DNA from: an uncultured cyanobacterium
Lineage (GTDB): Bacteria; Cyanobacteriota; Cyanobacteriia; Phormidesmidales; Phormidesmidaceae
Reading direction: 5' to 3'
Length of the DNA: 64,000 nt
Assembly (NCBI GenBank): GCA_963793265.1
Contig: CAWBZI010000007.1
Location: 320,001-384,000 of the forward strand
Shown: positions 62,069 through 64,000 of the stretch, piece by piece
Layout of the letters: each line of letters begins with the position of its first letter
How positions within the stretch are numbered: position 1 is the stretch's first letter
Notes under the pieces: generated by a model
What the model saw: only the letters and a program-made list of their open reading frames with translations
What the model was told of the DNA's origin: nothing
Databases searched by the model: none
Program-made: the position numbers and the translations under genes

Positions 62069-64000
62069 ATGAGTAAGATTTCAATTGAAGGATTGCCTGC
62101 CGCAGGATTCAGTGGTTCTCAAGCAGTTCCAGGATTTCCCGTAACCCCAAGTGGGCATCTATATTTAGTATATGAAGATGCTGCTGGCAACGAGTTTGTT
62201 ATTCGAGGTGGCCCGAGAAACGGAGAGGAAGACGACGGAGCCGGTCCTATACTGGTTGAGGTGGGCAAGCCGATCGAAAGATCATTAGATAAGAGAGAAG
62301 ATGCGTACGGAAGACCCGTCACACCAGAGGCTCGCGGAAGCAGAGTCCTAGATCTAGGAGGACGCAACCCAGAAAATGTTTGGAACGTTCTTCTCCAGTA
62401 CGCTCAAGGTATACAAAACAAGCAAATTCCTTATCATGCTCTCGGTGACAACAGTAATTCTGCAATCGGTAATCTTCTTCGACTTATAGGTATAGAACTA
62501 CCGACAATTTTTCCAGATCCGTATGGCATTTTCCGATTAGCAGGTATAGAGCTGCCGACAATTTTCCCAGATCCGTATGGCACAACTATTTTTCCTTTCT
62601 TAGGATGGGAAAGGCAGTTCTCATTTGATTATGAGATTGCAGGAACAGATGGCGACGATATTTTGATAGGTGGGGGAGGTGCACAGAGATTTTATGGAGG
62701 GGATGGCGATGATACGCTAGAGGGTGGCTCTGAAATTGATATCTTGATAGGTGGTTCTGACAAAGATATCTTGAAGGGTGGTTCTGGAGTTGATTTCTTA
62801 GACGGTGGGTCTGGTAATAATGACGAAGCTATCTATTCTGGAAGATACGCTGAATACGATTTCTCATACAACAGAAGAACGGCTGAATATGCAATCGAGC
62901 ATAAAAATGGAGGTGTTGATAGCATTGATTATGTTTCGAGAGTAGAAGTGGCTAGATTTACGGAATCCTCCGCCATGCTATTTGACGGACAGGTTATCAG
63001 ACTAGGAGGTCAGGTTCTATCCGCAAAAAACGGAGAAGATCCGATTCACCTATCAATAGAAGCTCCTGCACACATGATTGACGGAGATATCGAATATAAA
63101 CTTACTCTTTCGTCTAACAATAAGGGTGATGACAAGGATGGTTCAGAAGCAGCGAACGGCTTTTACAACTTTGCTTACATCATCGACAAGTCAGGTAGCA
63201 TGGGCGGCGGTCAGCTCGCGCAGGCAAAAGCAGCCTATATTCAGCTAACAAATGCGCTAGCAAGCTACGGTATCACAGAAGAAAATAGCACCTTCGCAGT
63301 CATTCCCTTCAACGATAGCGCCCAGCTACTATCAGGCCCATACACACCGGACAATGCAAAATCTCAGCTTTCATCCTTAAACTCAGGGGGCGGCACAGCG
63401 TTTGGCCCCGCACTAGACAAAGCAAAAGCTTTCTTCACCTCTAAAAATGCTACACCGAACGCAATAAACATAGCTTACTTCTTATCTGATGGATCGGGCA
63501 GCGGAGCCGACACGTCTCTCCAACAATACGCAGACGTACGAGCATATGGCATCGGCGGTGGAGCCAACCTTACTGCCCTAGACATCATCGATTCCAACGA
63601 CGCAGTTGTTCTAAGCGACGCTTCAGAACTAGCTGAGGCTTTTCTAAATGGCGATGCAGGTGGAGATGATAGCGACGCTGCCGAAGAAGTCTCAAAAGTC
63701 ATTCTCCTCCTCAACGGAGAAGCCGTTCGCACTATCTTGCCAGACGAATTCACTCAAGATCCACTCGGGCTAGAAGGACTACAGTTCGAAGGCACACTCG
63801 ACGGATTAGATACATCGCTAGACGCAGAAAACATACTCACCGCTCAAGTCATCTTCAAAGACGGCAGTCCTTCCAAATCTGTTGAGATCACAGTCAGAAG
63901 TGGTGCTGTTAGCTATGGCGCACCACCTATCAACGCCGACGGACAGCTCAACCCAGTCGTAACAGATTACGCAGCCCAAGAAAACGACGATAAAGTCATT
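62069..64000 (+). CDS. Large RTX (Ca-binding nonapeptide) + vWA domain protein, 3'-partial
   Basis: Translated by hand: open from ATG 62069 (AGGA upstream) to the window end (644 codons); GGxGxD-like repeats at about 62640-62820; MIDAS DKSGS at 63185, GGT and LSDG. Absent from the supplied ORF track because it has no stop in the window. Confidence 0.88.
   Translation, partial: MSKISIEGLPAAGFSGSQAVPGFPVTPSGHLYLVYEDAAGNEFVIRGGPRNGEEDDGAGPILVEVGKPIERSLDKREDAYGRPVTPEARGSRVLDLGGRNPENVWNVLLQYAQGIQNKQIPYHALGDNSNSAIGNLLRLIGIELPTIFPDPYGIFRLAGIELPTIFPDPYGTTIFPFLGWERQFSFDYEIAGTDGDDILIGGGGAQRFYGGDGDDTLEGGSEIDILIGGSDKDILKGGSGVDFLDGGSGNNDEAIYSGRYAEYDFSYNRRTAEYAIEHKNGGVDSIDYVSRVEVARFTESSAMLFDGQVIRLGGQVLSAKNGEDPIHLSIEAPAHMIDGDIEYKLTLSSNNKGDDKDGSEAANGFYNFAYIIDKSGSMGGGQLAQAKAAYIQLTNALASYGITEENSTFAVIPFNDSAQLLSGPYTPDNAKSQLSSLNSGGGTAFGPALDKAKAFFTSKNATPNAINIAYFLSDGSGSGADTSLQQYADVRAYGIGGGANLTALDIIDSNDAVVLSDASELAEAFLNGDAGGDDSDAAEEVSKVILLLNGEAVRTILPDEFTQDPLGLEGLQFEGTLDGLDTSLDAENILTAQVIFKDGSPSKSVEITVRSGAVSYGAPPINADGQLNPVVTDYAAQENDDKVI
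62480..62581 (+). repeat. In-frame 54-bp tandem duplication (RLxGIELPTIFPDPYG x2)
   Basis: Copies start at 62480 and 62534. Confidence 0.9.

Overview
This is a cyanobacterial chromosomal window with dense HIP1 (GCGATCGC) sites and a Leptolyngbya/Phormidesmis-like gene content; the taxon is inferred. Core metabolism includes a complete NDH-1(3) CO2-uptake operon (ndhF3-ndhD3-cupA-cupS), a P-type cation ATPase, oligoendopeptidase F, an RND efflux pair, several hydrolases and the TIGR02587/02588 pair. Signalling genes include an NB-ARC/DUF1822-CHAT/CHASE2-DUF928 operon, two NarL-type two-component systems (one kinase frameshifted), a Ser/Thr kinase, and an AraC regulator flanked by matching 21-bp-spaced repeats. 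Accessory elements are an MNT/HEPN pair, nested REP/MITE-like palindromes, an ISAzo13-like remnant and a HIP1-poor right end. That end holds a lipoprotein followed by a large RTX/vWA ORF missing from the supplied ORF track (62069 to the window end). The most interesting candidates are: (1) an orphan, apparently catalytically degenerate Cas6 closely linked to a protein O-mannosyltransferase-like gene, with no array in the window; (2) a 70-aa double-glycine-leader peptide with a Lys/His-rich core; (3) a putative N-terminal-effector RTX/vWA protein with an upstream immunity-like lipoprotein; (4) a recurrent G/T-to-C/A strand-composition flip centred on HIP1 sites. All family assignments come from motif recognition by eye; no searches were run.
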